DNA from: Acidimicrobiales bacterium
Lineage (GTDB): Bacteria; Actinomycetota; Acidimicrobiia; Acidimicrobiales; SHLQ01
Reading direction: 5' to 3'
NCBI GenBank assembly: GCA_004282895.1
Contig: SHLQ01000002.1
Location: forward strand, 1 to 51,910
Length of the DNA: 51,910 nt
The notes below the pieces were generated by a model that was not told the DNA's origin, made no database searches, and worked only from the letters and a program-made list of their open reading frames with translations. A program made the translations under genes and the position numbers. Each line of letters opens with the position of its first letter. Positions within the stretch are counted from its first letter, which is position 1. Of this stretch, positions 35,408-44,320 are shown piece after piece.

Positions 35408-36017
35408 TCGAGACCCGCGAGCCTGCGGCGCGGGTTTTTGGCACGCCATGTTGCCAGTGCTGTTGGGTGGTCCCGCCCATGACGAGAAGGTCGCCGTCGC
35501 CCAGCTGTAGGTGAAGCGTCTGACCGCCGCCGTCGGGTTTGAGTACGAACGGCCGGCGTTCGCCAACGGACACGATGGCGATGATGGCGTCCGCCGGGCG
35601 CTTCACCTTGTCGCGGTGGATGGCGACGGAGTCGCCGCCGGACCGATACCAGTTCGCTCCGATCGACCCGAATCGCCGACCGTAGTGGTCATCGAACAGC
35701 GAGGCGAGCTGCTCGAGGTTTGCGGAGATGTCATCTTTGCCTCGGGTGACGTTGGCGATCAGTCGGGGCACGGCCACTATGCGGTCGTACATCGGTCGGG
35801 TCGCCGACATCCAGGGGAACTCGGCGGTGACCTGTTCGAACCACTCGTCAGCTCCGGGTAGCCAGTTCGGAGCATGGTCGATCCAGGCGCCGGCACCGAG
35901 GTCGGTCCGGTGAACGTCGTGGAATCCTCCAGGGAGATCGGCTGAGCCCAGGGCGAGCAGGCTGGTTTGGCGCGGCCCGACGGTGATGCCGTCGATCTCC
36001 AGGGCAGACAACTCCAT
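35391..36017 (-). CDS. AlkB-like Fe(II)/2-oxoglutarate dioxygenase (alkylated nucleic-acid repair family)
   Basis: NWYRSGGDSVAIHRDK (HxD), LLVMGGTTQQHWQHGVPK and SRVSIMFR are typical of the AlkB/2OG-FeII_Oxy_2 family. I prefer the ATG at 36017; a GTG alternative lies at 36050. Confidence 0.75.
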   Translation of the reverse strand: MELSALEIDGITVGPRQTSLLALGSADLPGGFHDVHRTDLGAGAWIDHAPNWLPGADEWFEQVTAEFPWMSATRPMYDRIVAVPRLIANVTRGKDDISANLEQLASLFDDHYGRRFGSIGANWYRSGGDSVAIHRDKVKRPADAIIAIVSVGERRPFVLKPDGGGQTLHLQLGDGDLLVMGGTTQQHWQHGVPKTRAAGSRVSIMFRA

Positions 36018-36029
36018 GGCGTCAATGTA

Positions 36030-36045
36030 TCGAACTAACGTTCGT
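36030..36045. promoter_or_regulatory. Candidate LexA (SOS) box TCGAAC-TAAC-GTTCGT
   Basis: It matches 15 of 16 positions of the actinobacterial/mycobacterial LexA consensus TCGAAC-N4-GTTCGA. It lies 13 nt upstream of the AlkB-like ATG, in the divergent intergenic region. Confidence 0.5.
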
Positions 36046-36156
36046 TTCACCAGTACGAACGAACCTCCATCGGACGTTCACATTCCCTACACAATCGGTC
36101 GTGAGAATGATCGTGTTGCTTCCACCTGGAGGCACATCAGCAAAAGGGAGTGCATT

Positions 36157-36495
36157 GTGTTTCTGTTTCGTCGGTTCCCGATCCTTGGCATCGTCCTCAT
36201 CGGTTGGTTGTTCCTCTCGTTGGCGCAGAGCGCCAGTGGAGGGGTCATCGCCGGCTTGGTGGGGCTCGCTCTGCTGCCGTTCCTATTGTTCAAGATGATG
36301 TTCTTCATGTTCATGATGACGATGATCTTCGGCTTCTTTGGCCGAGGCGCACGGCATCACTACGGGCGTCATCAGCACTGGAATCGGCGCCGTCAGACCA
36401 CCGAGGTGAACGCAAAACCCCGTGATCCCGAGTGGGAGAAGAATGTCCGCGACGCTCGTAGTGAGCTCGACCAGCTCTTCCCCGATGTGGTCTAG
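36157..36495 (+). CDS. Small 3-TM membrane protein with a basic His-rich tail, first gene of the two-component module
   Basis: GTG start with AAGGGAG 6 nt upstream. TMs: FPILGIVLIGWLFLSLA, GVIAGLVGLALLPFLLF and MMFFMFMMTMIFGFFG. The tail is GRGARHHYGRHQHWNRRRQ. Its stop overlaps the response-regulator ATG region. Confidence 0.55.
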   Translation: MFLFRRFPILGIVLIGWLFLSLAQSASGGVIAGLVGLALLPFLLFKMMFFMFMMTMIFGFFGRGARHHYGRHQHWNRRRQTTEVNAKPRDPEWEKNVRDARSELDQLFPDVV

Positions 36496-37210
36496 CGTCG
36501 ACTCCGTGCGTCGAGTCAACCAGACTGTGCCCGTGAGCACGGTGCTGGTTGTCGATGACGAACCGAAGATCACCCGTCTGGTCCGTGACTATCTGGACCA
36601 GGCGGGGCTCGGCGTTTTCGAGGCTGCGACCGGCCGGGCTGCCCTCGATGTGGTGGAACGAGAGCGGCCGGATTTGATCGTGTTGGATTTGGGTCTGCCC
36701 GATATCGACGGACTCGATGTGCTGCGTCAGATCCGAACGGAGTCGAGTGTGCCGGTGATCATCCTCACGGCGAGATCGGATGAGACCGATCTGGTTGTCG
36801 GGCTCGAGCTCGGCGCGGACGACTATGTGGTGAAGCCATTTGGAGCGAAAGAGCTCGTGGCCCGGGTTCGGGCACTGCTCCGCCGGGTGCAGCAAGCCGA
36901 CGATGAGGACGTGATTCGTATCGGCGACTGTCTCATCGACCTGCCGAAGATGCAGGTGTCGGTTGCTGGTGCGCCGATTGACCTCACGTCCACCGAGTTC
37001 GAGCTTCTGGCCAAACTCACCCGTGAGCCGGGCCGTGTCTTCACGCGGGGTCAGCTGCTCGAAGCGATCCACGGCCTTGCCTTCGAATCGTATGAGCGTG
37101 CGATCGACGCACATGTGAAGAACATCCGCCGCAAGATTGAAAGCGACCCGCGCAAGCCGCACTATCTGCTGACCGTTCGTGGCATCGGCTACAAGTTCCG
37201 TGATGCATAG
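36485..37210 (+). CDS. OmpR/PhoB-family response regulator
   Basis: Receiver domain VLVVDDEPKITRLV...DLIVLDLGLPDIDG...PVIILTA. The winged-helix output has LTSTEFELLAKL...VRGIGYKF. The start is uncertain (ATG 36485 or a downstream GTG). Confidence 0.85.
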   Translation: MWSSVDSVRRVNQTVPVSTVLVVDDEPKITRLVRDYLDQAGLGVFEAATGRAALDVVERERPDLIVLDLGLPDIDGLDVLRQIRTESSVPVIILTARSDETDLVVGLELGADDYVVKPFGAKELVARVRALLRRVQQADDEDVIRIGDCLIDLPKMQVSVAGAPIDLTSTEFELLAKLTREPGRVFTRGQLLEAIHGLAFESYERAIDAHVKNIRRKIESDPRKPHYLLTVRGIGYKFRDA

Positions 37211-38186
37211 GCACGGTCGTTTCGATCCGTCCGGGTCCGGCCCGCCGTGGTGGCCCGAGGGTGAGCCGTGGCCGCCGAAACCGGTTGACGTTGGGCCTCC
37301 GTGGGGGGAATTCGGCCAACGGCTCATGCGCCGAGTGATGCTCTTCGTTCTGGGAGTGATCGTCGTGCCACTGGTCATCGGCGTGATTCTGGCAACGGTC
37401 ATCGGCGGCTGGGAGAGCATCGGCGCCGCCGTCATCGTGGGATTGGCCATCATCGTGATGATGCTCATCGCGGCTCGCATCATGTTTCGCCGCTTCAACC
37501 CCGTCACCGAGATGGTGGACGAGCAGCTGGTGGAAGCTGAGGTGCAGCGGCGCCAACTGCTCGCCGACGTTGGCCACGAGCTGCGCACCCCGCTGACGGT
37601 GATTCGCGGCGAGGTGGAGGCCTTCATCGATGGTGTCCATGAGCCGGACGAGGAACGGCTTACGGAGTTGCTGGCGGATGTGGCGGTGATGGAACGGCTG
37701 CTGGGAGACCTGCAGACGCTGAGCACGACCGATGCTGGCCGGTTGGCGTTGCATCCCGAGCCGACCGATGTGGTTGACCTGGCGGCGAGTGTCGTGCACA
37801 ACTTCGAATCCTCAGAGCCCGCGGTGACATTGGAGGTGGTCGATCCCGATGTCGACGCCGATGTCGATCCCGTACGAATTCGGGAAGTGCTCACCAACCT
37901 GTTGACCAACGCGGCGCGGGCAACCGACGCCGCCGGTGAGGTGACAGTACGCGTGGCGAGGTCATCGTCGCCCGGTCGGACCGCGGCGATCGAGGTCGTC
38001 GACACCGGGGCCGGAATCGAGCGCGACCAGTTGGGGACGATCTTCGACCGATTTCAGAAGGGCCGAGACTCGGACGGCAGCGGCCTCGGCCTCACGATCA
38101 GCCGACACCTCGTCGAAGCCCACGGCGGCACGATCAGTATCGACTCACTCCCGGGCCAAGGCACCACGGTTCGCGTCGAGCTGTAG
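37203..38186 (+). CDS. Sensor histidine kinase, intramembrane-sensing type (two TM, minimal loop, no obvious HAMP)
   Basis: The ATG overlaps the RR stop. The N-terminus is Pro/Trp-rich (GPPWWPEGEPWPPKP). Two adjacent TMs are separated by about GGWES. H-box ADVGHELRTPL, N-box LTNLLTNA, G-boxes DTGAGI and GSGLGL. Confidence 0.85.
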   Translation: MHRHGRFDPSGSGPPWWPEGEPWPPKPVDVGPPWGEFGQRLMRRVMLFVLGVIVVPLVIGVILATVIGGWESIGAAVIVGLAIIVMMLIAARIMFRRFNPVTEMVDEQLVEAEVQRRQLLADVGHELRTPLTVIRGEVEAFIDGVHEPDEERLTELLADVAVMERLLGDLQTLSTTDAGRLALHPEPTDVVDLAASVVHNFESSEPAVTLEVVDPDVDADVDPVRIREVLTNLLTNAARATDAAGEVTVRVARSSSPGRTAAIEVVDTGAGIERDQLGTIFDRFQKGRDSDGSGLGLTISRHLVEAHGGTISIDSLPGQGTTVRVEL

Positions 38187-38196
38187 TCGGAACGAT

Positions 38197-38646
38197 CTAG
38201 CGGCGGTGACGCCGCCGATGGCCTTCGACTCGCTCTGGTGGTGATGTTGGTCGGGTAACGAGCCACAACGCGACCGACGACATGATGCTCGCGGCGAGGA
38301 TGCGAACCCAGAGCACGTCGAGGATGAAGACGACGAGCAGACCACCGACCAACGCGATCATGACTACGGCGAGGATCTTGGCGCGGAGCGGAATACTGCG
38401 ATGCTCATTCCACTCGACGATCATCGGGCCGAACACGCGGTTGGCCAGCAAACGTTCGTGCATTACCGGTGACGAGCGCGCGAAGAAGTAGGCGGCCAAC
38501 AGAACGAAAGGTGTGGTGGGCAGGCCGGGCAGGATCACCCCGATTGCGCCGAGTGCAAGCGACAGGAAGCCGGCGATCAGCAGCAGCCACCGGCGCAGGC
38601 CGGTAGCCACCTGTGGTGGTTCGGCGTTGCTGCTCGGCTCTGCCAT
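38197..38646 (-). CDS. DUF454 (YbaN-like) inner-membrane protein
   Basis: GAIGVILPGLPTTPFVLLAAYFFARSSPVMHERLL is the characteristic DUF454 N-terminal motif. Length is 149 aa. Confidence 0.75.
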   Translation of the reverse strand: MAEPSSNAEPPQVATGLRRWLLLIAGFLSLALGAIGVILPGLPTTPFVLLAAYFFARSSPVMHERLLANRVFGPMIVEWNEHRSIPLRAKILAVVMIALVGGLLVVFILDVLWVRILAASIMSSVALWLVTRPTSPPERVEGHRRRHRR

Positions 38647-38675
38647 CTATTCAGATTACGGATGGGGACGGTTCG

Positions 38676-41672
38676 TCAGCCGCCCAGGAATGCAGACAGC
38701 GCATCCTCGATTACATCGCCGCCGACACCACAATCCGCGGCCGCCGCCGAGATGAGCTCGACCGCTGCGGGCGACGCTTGGACGATGCCAGCCGCAATCA
38801 GCTCGTCGTCGGTTGCCAGCAGGCTGAGCCGCTCGATGACGCAGTTGGCGACGTTCGGCGGCTGGTCCTGACCGATGAGGAGATCGAACAGGGTGCCGCC
38901 GATGAGCGTGTCGGGACGAGCGTCTCCGAAGCTCTCGACGTCCACGGCCGGGCCCTCGTCGAAGGGTTCTTCGCCTTCGGCGGGAGCAACGGTGGTTGTT
39001 GTCGTGGTCGTGGTGGTAGTCGTCGTGGGCAAGGCCACGGGGGAGTAGGCGACTTCGCTCGACGCACCGACCGAGGTGTCGGCGGAGTTGTAGATGAGGA
39101 ACGCTCCGACGATCATGGCGACCGCGGAAACGAAGGCGACGATTGCCTGTGTTCCCCGAGGGGGCGAGGCCAGTTGCACCGCGCCAGCCTTGTCCAGTGA
39201 CGTGTCGCCGGTTCCGAGCCATCCGCGTTCGTCAACCCACACGGCGAGCGGTGGCATCACAACCAGAGCCGACAGAAGGGCGATGGCAACGTTGAGCGTC
39301 ACGATGATGCCAAAGTCACGCAAGAGCGGCAGTGCCGACAGGACGAGCACCGCGAATCCGCCGATGGTGGTCATGGCCGAGGTGAAGAAGGCTCGGCCGG
39401 TGCGGCGGGCGGCGTGATGGCTGGCGTCCTCAGAAGAGAAACCCCGCTGCCGTTCCTCGAGGAAGCGCGCCAGGATCAGCACGGAGAACTCCGCACAGGT
39501 TGCGACCACGAGCGGCCCGCTGACGGTCGTGAGCGGGCTGAGTTCGATCCCGGAGAGGCCAACGACCAGCGAGGAAATGCCGACGGCCAACAGCACGGGC
39601 ACCATCGCCAAAATGGCCCGGGGCAGGCTGCGAAGGCGCAGGACAAGGAAGAGTCCGGCGACCATCAACGACAGGTACGTCAGGGCGGCCCGGTTGGCCG
39701 ACAGGTTCTCGAGCAGGCCGATGCCGACAGTGGCAAGCCCAGCGGGTGTAGCGCGCACGGCGTCCTGCCCAGCGGGGAGGTCCGTCAGCACGATGCTCTC
39801 CGCGGGGATGTCGAGCGCGGCGATCTTTGCATCGAGGTCGGCTTTGAGCTCGTCGACGATGACGGCGCGCTCTTCGAGGCTGGCCGGGGCGATCCGTAGG
39901 TTGATCTGAGTTGCGGTCAGGTCGGGTCGAACGAGCAGTCGGGCTACGTCCGGCGGCATGACGGCACCGGCCGCGACGATGTCATCGCTCGATGGCGGAA
40001 TGACTGTCGCGCCTTCGATCTTGATGATCTTGCCCATCGTGTTGACGAGGCTGGAGCTGGAGACGACCGCTCCGTCAGCTCGCGACTCTGCGGTGTCCGT
40101 GAAGTCGTGAATCAGGTTGATCACGGCGGGATCGTAGACATTGTTGGCTTCGACGAGGACGCCGAGGGTGGTGGCGAACCCGGTTTCGTCCTCGAGCTTC
40201 TCGAGATCGGCGACGGCTTGGCTGCCTTGGTCGATCCAACGGATCGGATCGGACTGAATCGTTGCGCTGCCTTCAGCGAAGACACCACCGACGAACAACG
40301 CCGCCGAGATGGCGATGAGGAAAGGGCTGATGGCAGTCGGAAGGCTGCCGAGCTTGACCACGATGCGTTCGACGAGGGACTCGCCGCGGTCATCGGTGGG
40401 CACGGTCCACTCGCGAATGCCGAGGATTGCGGTCGGAATCACGATGCCGGCGATCACGAGAGCGGCGACACCGATCGAGAGTAGAACGCCGAAGTCCCGA
40501 ATCATCGGCACTTTGGAGATCTGCAGTGAAAGGAAGGCGAGGATGGCGGCAATCGTGGCGATGATTAGTGCTGGCGCGATATTGGCCAGCGTTTCCGCAA
40601 TTGGATGCTCCTCCTTGTCGAGCACGGCCTCCTCTTCCACGCGGTTGTGGATCTGGATCGCGAAGTCGATGCCCAAACCGATGAGTATTGGCAGGCCGGA
40701 GATCGTGACGAGGCTGAGGTCGATCCCGACCAGGCCGACGATGGCGAACGCCCAGAGCACACCGATAACCACGGCCAACAGAGGCAGTAGGCGCCAACGC
40801 ACCTGGAACATCAGGGCGAGCACGACGGCCATGACGGCGAGGGCGGCGGCGCCCAGGGTGAGCATGCCACCCTTGAGATAGTCGTTGATTTCCTTCAGGT
40901 AGACCGGGGAGCCGGTGACGGTGAGATCGAAGTCTTCGAAGGATGCGGTCTCGAGGATGGCGAGGAGGTCTTCGGTGGAGGCGGATTGTTCGTCGAGGGT
41001 CGCGTTGCCATCGAGCACGATGCCGCCGACCGAGGTCTGCTGGTTGGGGAACGTGGAAGCGAGCGAGAGTCGGATGGCGCGGTCCGCGTCGGCGGGAGCG
41101 ACCGGCGCGCCATCGACGATCTCGAAGTTGTCGTTGCCGAAGATGAGGAGGTCGTTGTAGGTCGTATTGCCGATTACCTGCTCGCCCGCGGCACCGAGGC
41201 GCGAGAGGGCGATGCCAATATCGGCCGACCGGGCGGCGGCACCTTCGGTGTCTCGCTGTGATGCCCCGATCAGCGCGTTCGATCCGATCCCTCCCGAGAG
41301 CAGGTTGTGGCTGAACGTGACGGAGGTGAGCGGCGTTACGACGGCATAGACACCTTCGACCTCGGCGAGTTCGGCGTTCAGTCGCTGAAACTCGGCGAGG
41401 TTGGCGCCGGCGAAGAGATCGGCCACGTCGACGCCGGATCCGTCTTGCGCGGTGAACAGAAGAATGACGGTTTCGCCGCCGAAGTCGTTCTGAAATTCGA
41501 CATTGTCGAGTGCAATCTGGGAATCCGGATTCAGGTAGCTGTCCTGACCGGTTGCGAATTCGAGCTGGCGCAGTCCGAGCACCAGCACGGCGGAGAACAC
41601 CAGAACCGCAAGCATCACCAACTTCCAGTGTTTACCCAATGCGACACCGGTAGTGCGCCAAAAGCTTTCCAT
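38676..41672 (-). CDS. MMPL/RND-superfamily transporter with an extra C-terminal TM, poly-Thr linker and extracytoplasmic tail domain
   Basis: It has a 12-TM MMPL layout with two large loops. I prefer the ATG at 41672, which has GGAGGGG upstream. After the core come an additional TM (AIVAFVSAVAMIVGAFLIY), then T12 (PTTTTTTTTTTTTV), then about 100 aa with two Cys. Confidence 0.8.
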   Translation of the reverse strand: MESFWRTTGVALGKHWKLVMLAVLVFSAVLVLGLRQLEFATGQDSYLNPDSQIALDNVEFQNDFGGETVILLFTAQDGSGVDVADLFAGANLAEFQRLNAELAEVEGVYAVVTPLTSVTFSHNLLSGGIGSNALIGASQRDTEGAAARSADIGIALSRLGAAGEQVIGNTTYNDLLIFGNDNFEIVDGAPVAPADADRAIRLSLASTFPNQQTSVGGIVLDGNATLDEQSASTEDLLAILETASFEDFDLTVTGSPVYLKEINDYLKGGMLTLGAAALAVMAVVLALMFQVRWRLLPLLAVVIGVLWAFAIVGLVGIDLSLVTISGLPILIGLGIDFAIQIHNRVEEEAVLDKEEHPIAETLANIAPALIIATIAAILAFLSLQISKVPMIRDFGVLLSIGVAALVIAGIVIPTAILGIREWTVPTDDRGESLVERIVVKLGSLPTAISPFLIAISAALFVGGVFAEGSATIQSDPIRWIDQGSQAVADLEKLEDETGFATTLGVLVEANNVYDPAVINLIHDFTDTAESRADGAVVSSSSLVNTMGKIIKIEGATVIPPSSDDIVAAGAVMPPDVARLLVRPDLTATQINLRIAPASLEERAVIVDELKADLDAKIAALDIPAESIVLTDLPAGQDAVRATPAGLATVGIGLLENLSANRAALTYLSLMVAGLFLVLRLRSLPRAILAMVPVLLAVGISSLVVGLSGIELSPLTTVSGPLVVATCAEFSVLILARFLEERQRGFSSEDASHHAARRTGRAFFTSAMTTIGGFAVLVLSALPLLRDFGIIVTLNVAIALLSALVVMPPLAVWVDERGWLGTGDTSLDKAGAVQLASPPRGTQAIVAFVSAVAMIVGAFLIYNSADTSVGASSEVAYSPVALPTTTTTTTTTTTTVAPAEGEEPFDEGPAVDVESFGDARPDTLIGGTLFDLLIGQDQPPNVANCVIERLSLLATDDELIAAGIVQASPAAVELISAAAADCGVGGDVIEDALSAFLGG

Positions 41673-41865
41673 GGACCCCTCCAGAACCACTATGAAACGA
41701 CGAACGTCGCCCACTTTGGTCCCTCTATCTATAGCCGCATAGGGCCAGCAGTCCCAAAGTGGTTGGGCGAGGACCTGAGACCCTAGGTCCCGCTCTCCTT
41801 CAGGCGTACGTTCGGAAGTGTTGCGTGAATACGCAGCTGATGTTCACCACTGGAGGTGGCAGACC

Positions 41866-42502
41866 ATGACTGCCGGCAAGATCTTTGCGTTGTTTTTTGG
41901 CGCGCTTGGAGTGATCATCGGAACGATATTGGCAACAGCTACCGTCATCGTTCTGGTTCAGGAGCCCGAGCCAGTTCGTCGGCATCGGACGAACGGTCGA
42001 CGTGGATCGGTACCTGTCCGGTGTGAATCACGACGAGATCCGCAGCATCGACATCGATAATGAGGCCGTGGTTGATGTTCGCTATGAGAACCACCCGGGC
42101 ACAGCTGTCCCGGCGGCACCAGGACTGCAGTCGTTCTGGGAGGTGTCCTCCGAGGGAGTCGGCACCCAGACACTCTGGTGGGATATTGACGCTGGCAACT
42201 GGACCGTGGTTGCGATGAACGCCGATGGTTCGGCCGGCGTCGACGCGGATCTCGCGTTCGGACTCAAGATCGCCAACCTCGGTGCCATCGCGTGGACGGT
42301 CTTCGGTTTCGGCCTGATCTCGCTGCTACTCGGTGGTTTCCTGTTCTACCGTGGAATTCGACCACCAATGACCGTGGAGCTGCCTCCTCCGTCCCAGCCT
42401 CGACCCCCGATGGTGGGCGAACCACGCGCCACAGATGTTGACCTGCGCGAGTACATCGATCTCGATCAGCCGCCCGTGCGGGAGCAGCGAGCGACCAGCT
42501 GA
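41866..42502 (+). pseudogene. Membrane protein gene apparently split by a +1 frame change (N-terminal TM ORF 41866..42060; body ORF frame open from 41915, GTG at 42002, to 42502)
   Basis: ATG 41866 has GGAGG 8 nt upstream and encodes the TM helix KIFALFFGALGVIIGTILATATVIVLV. After about 41970 the plausible protein (FVGIGRTVDVDRYLSGVNHDE...WTVVAMNADGSAGVDADL...C-terminal TM) continues in the +1 frame. Confidence 0.4.
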
Positions 42503-42529
42503 TCCGCGAGTCCAGAACGGCGCCGGAAC

Positions 42530-44320
42530 TCAGGGTTCTCTTACGTAAAGCTCAAAATGGTCGATCGTCATCACGATCCCGAAGTCGATGGTGATGCGGT
42601 CGATGAGCTCCGCAGTCATGTCCGTGTTGTAGGCAGACCGGGTGTCATGAACGATCATCGCCGGATTGACGCTCTCGAACTCGGCCACGAAGTCGCGTAG
42701 CTCGCTGTCGTCGAGAATGCTGATCGTGGGGTTGAATAGCCTGAATCCATTGGCTCGGCGGGCAAGGAAGTACAGATCGGCGTTGTTGGGAACGGTGAAC
42801 AGGACGTCGTTGGCTTGCGTATTGCTGTCGATCAGTTGCAGTAGCTCTGAATAGAGCGCCTCTTCCTGGGGGTCAATCCACAACCCCAGACGGGGCAGTT
42901 CGCTTCGTATGAGATCGACTCTTTGACCGGAGACGAGGTCGCTGTAGGTGCGGGTATATGGCTGGCCCGCATGGAAAGTTGCGGCGACGACGCTCAGCGC
43001 TAGAGCGACGCCAACCACGGAGCGGGTCGACCGCTTGGTCACGCCAACACCCTCGGAGATCGATTCAACACCGACGAATAGCCAGAGTCCGGCGACAATC
43101 GACAGGCCAGCGCTGAGATAGAGGTAGAACGGTATCTGGTTGAACACGGACACCAAGGCGTAGAAGACCGCGACGAACGGAAGCGCGTACTCGGTCGGCA
43201 CGCCCCACTGGGATCGATGGCGAAGACGCCCATACAGCGACCGCCCGATAGCGAACGCCACCACGAGCAGGGCGATCCAGTAGACCGCGTTCAACCTCGC
43301 GATGATCGATCCGAACAACAGTTCATTGATCGAACGAAGCCCAATATCCCAGACGTAGCGTCCGGTCGATATGTGCTCGAGCTCGCCAATGCTCAATGAT
43401 CGAACGAAAGTGTCGCGAGCCCAGGCCCGAACCGATCCATGAAACACGTGATAGCCGACGAGAGGGAGAGCGGACCCGGCGGCACCAAAAGCCAATCGGC
43501 TGAGCAAAATACCGAGGTCCCGAGTGCCGATGGTCGTGTGGGAGAAGGCCCAAATGAGTATCAGAATCGGATAACAGCCGAAGAGCAGCGCGGCGGTGAG
43601 ATCAGTGCTGGTTAGCAGGTATCCAACCAGTCCGACAAGGCTGGCTGCGAGGACGAGGCGGGGTCCGGAGGAGCTGACGGATCGTTGAGGTTCCGGCCGA
43701 CGCTCGACCATGAGGAAGGTCAAGACTCCCATCGCCACGAATACCGCTGTCAGCTGGCGGAACAGAAAGACGAGTCCCAACAATGCGCCGATTGAAAGCG
43801 CCCGGTGTCGTGACTCTGGGCTTGTCCGCTGCAGCAGGTACGTGATGGCGACCGTCGCTCCGAGAGCGTAGAGGCCGGTCGTTGGATTGGCGATCTGAAA
43901 CGTGCCAATCGCAGACATGGTGATAGCGGCGACGGTCGCAACCAGCACACCGGCCTGGCGAAAAATCGCGTGAGTGAGTAGCGACTGAATCGCCATGAGT
44001 GCCATCAGTGGGTAACGCAAGGAGACGATCCGGTCGCCGAAGATCTCCAGTGACCATGCGTGTATGAAGTGGACGTAGCCCGGATGCAGTTCTTCGACGT
44101 CCGCGTTCAAGACTTCGCCCTGGGATATGCGCTCTGCGACATGCACATAGTGACCATCGTCCGATGGAATCCAAGCTTTGTCGAAGAAGAGCCAGATGAG
44201 GATCAGGTTGGCCGCGACGACCAGAAGCACTCCGACTGCGTAGTCGCGGTTAGGGCCAACTTCGACGGATCGCCTCACGGTCCGAGATTCAGCGTCAGTG
44301 TCTATCTGCGCGAGTGTCAC
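42530..44320 (-). CDS. GT-C fold glycosyltransferase (ArnT/PMT_2-like polyprenyl-phosphate-sugar-dependent transferase) with a C-terminal extracytoplasmic domain
   Basis: 596 aa with about 11-12 TM. An acidic first-loop motif (WIPSDDGHYVHVAE) sits in the position of the GT-C catalytic Asp pair. The last roughly 150 aa are soluble. A GTGA overlap couples it to the upstream GT2. Confidence 0.7.
   Translation of the reverse strand: MTLAQIDTDAESRTVRRSVEVGPNRDYAVGVLLVVAANLILIWLFFDKAWIPSDDGHYVHVAERISQGEVLNADVEELHPGYVHFIHAWSLEIFGDRIVSLRYPLMALMAIQSLLTHAIFRQAGVLVATVAAITMSAIGTFQIANPTTGLYALGATVAITYLLQRTSPESRHRALSIGALLGLVFLFRQLTAVFVAMGVLTFLMVERRPEPQRSVSSSGPRLVLAASLVGLVGYLLTSTDLTAALLFGCYPILILIWAFSHTTIGTRDLGILLSRLAFGAAGSALPLVGYHVFHGSVRAWARDTFVRSLSIGELEHISTGRYVWDIGLRSINELLFGSIIARLNAVYWIALLVVAFAIGRSLYGRLRHRSQWGVPTEYALPFVAVFYALVSVFNQIPFYLYLSAGLSIVAGLWLFVGVESISEGVGVTKRSTRSVVGVALALSVVAATFHAGQPYTRTYSDLVSGQRVDLIRSELPRLGLWIDPQEEALYSELLQLIDSNTQANDVLFTVPNNADLYFLARRANGFRLFNPTISILDDSELRDFVAEFESVNPAMIVHDTRSAYNTDMTAELIDRITIDFGIVMTIDHFELYVREP

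Noticed and set aside
41711-41762. Inverted repeat CCACTTTGG-N34-CCAAAGTGG in the MMPL/41866 divergent region, considered as a riboswitch or operator.
   Set aside because: It is a 9-bp stem with a long unstructured loop and no recognisable riboswitch core. It could be a 5'-UTR hairpin, but nothing beyond the repeat itself supports that.
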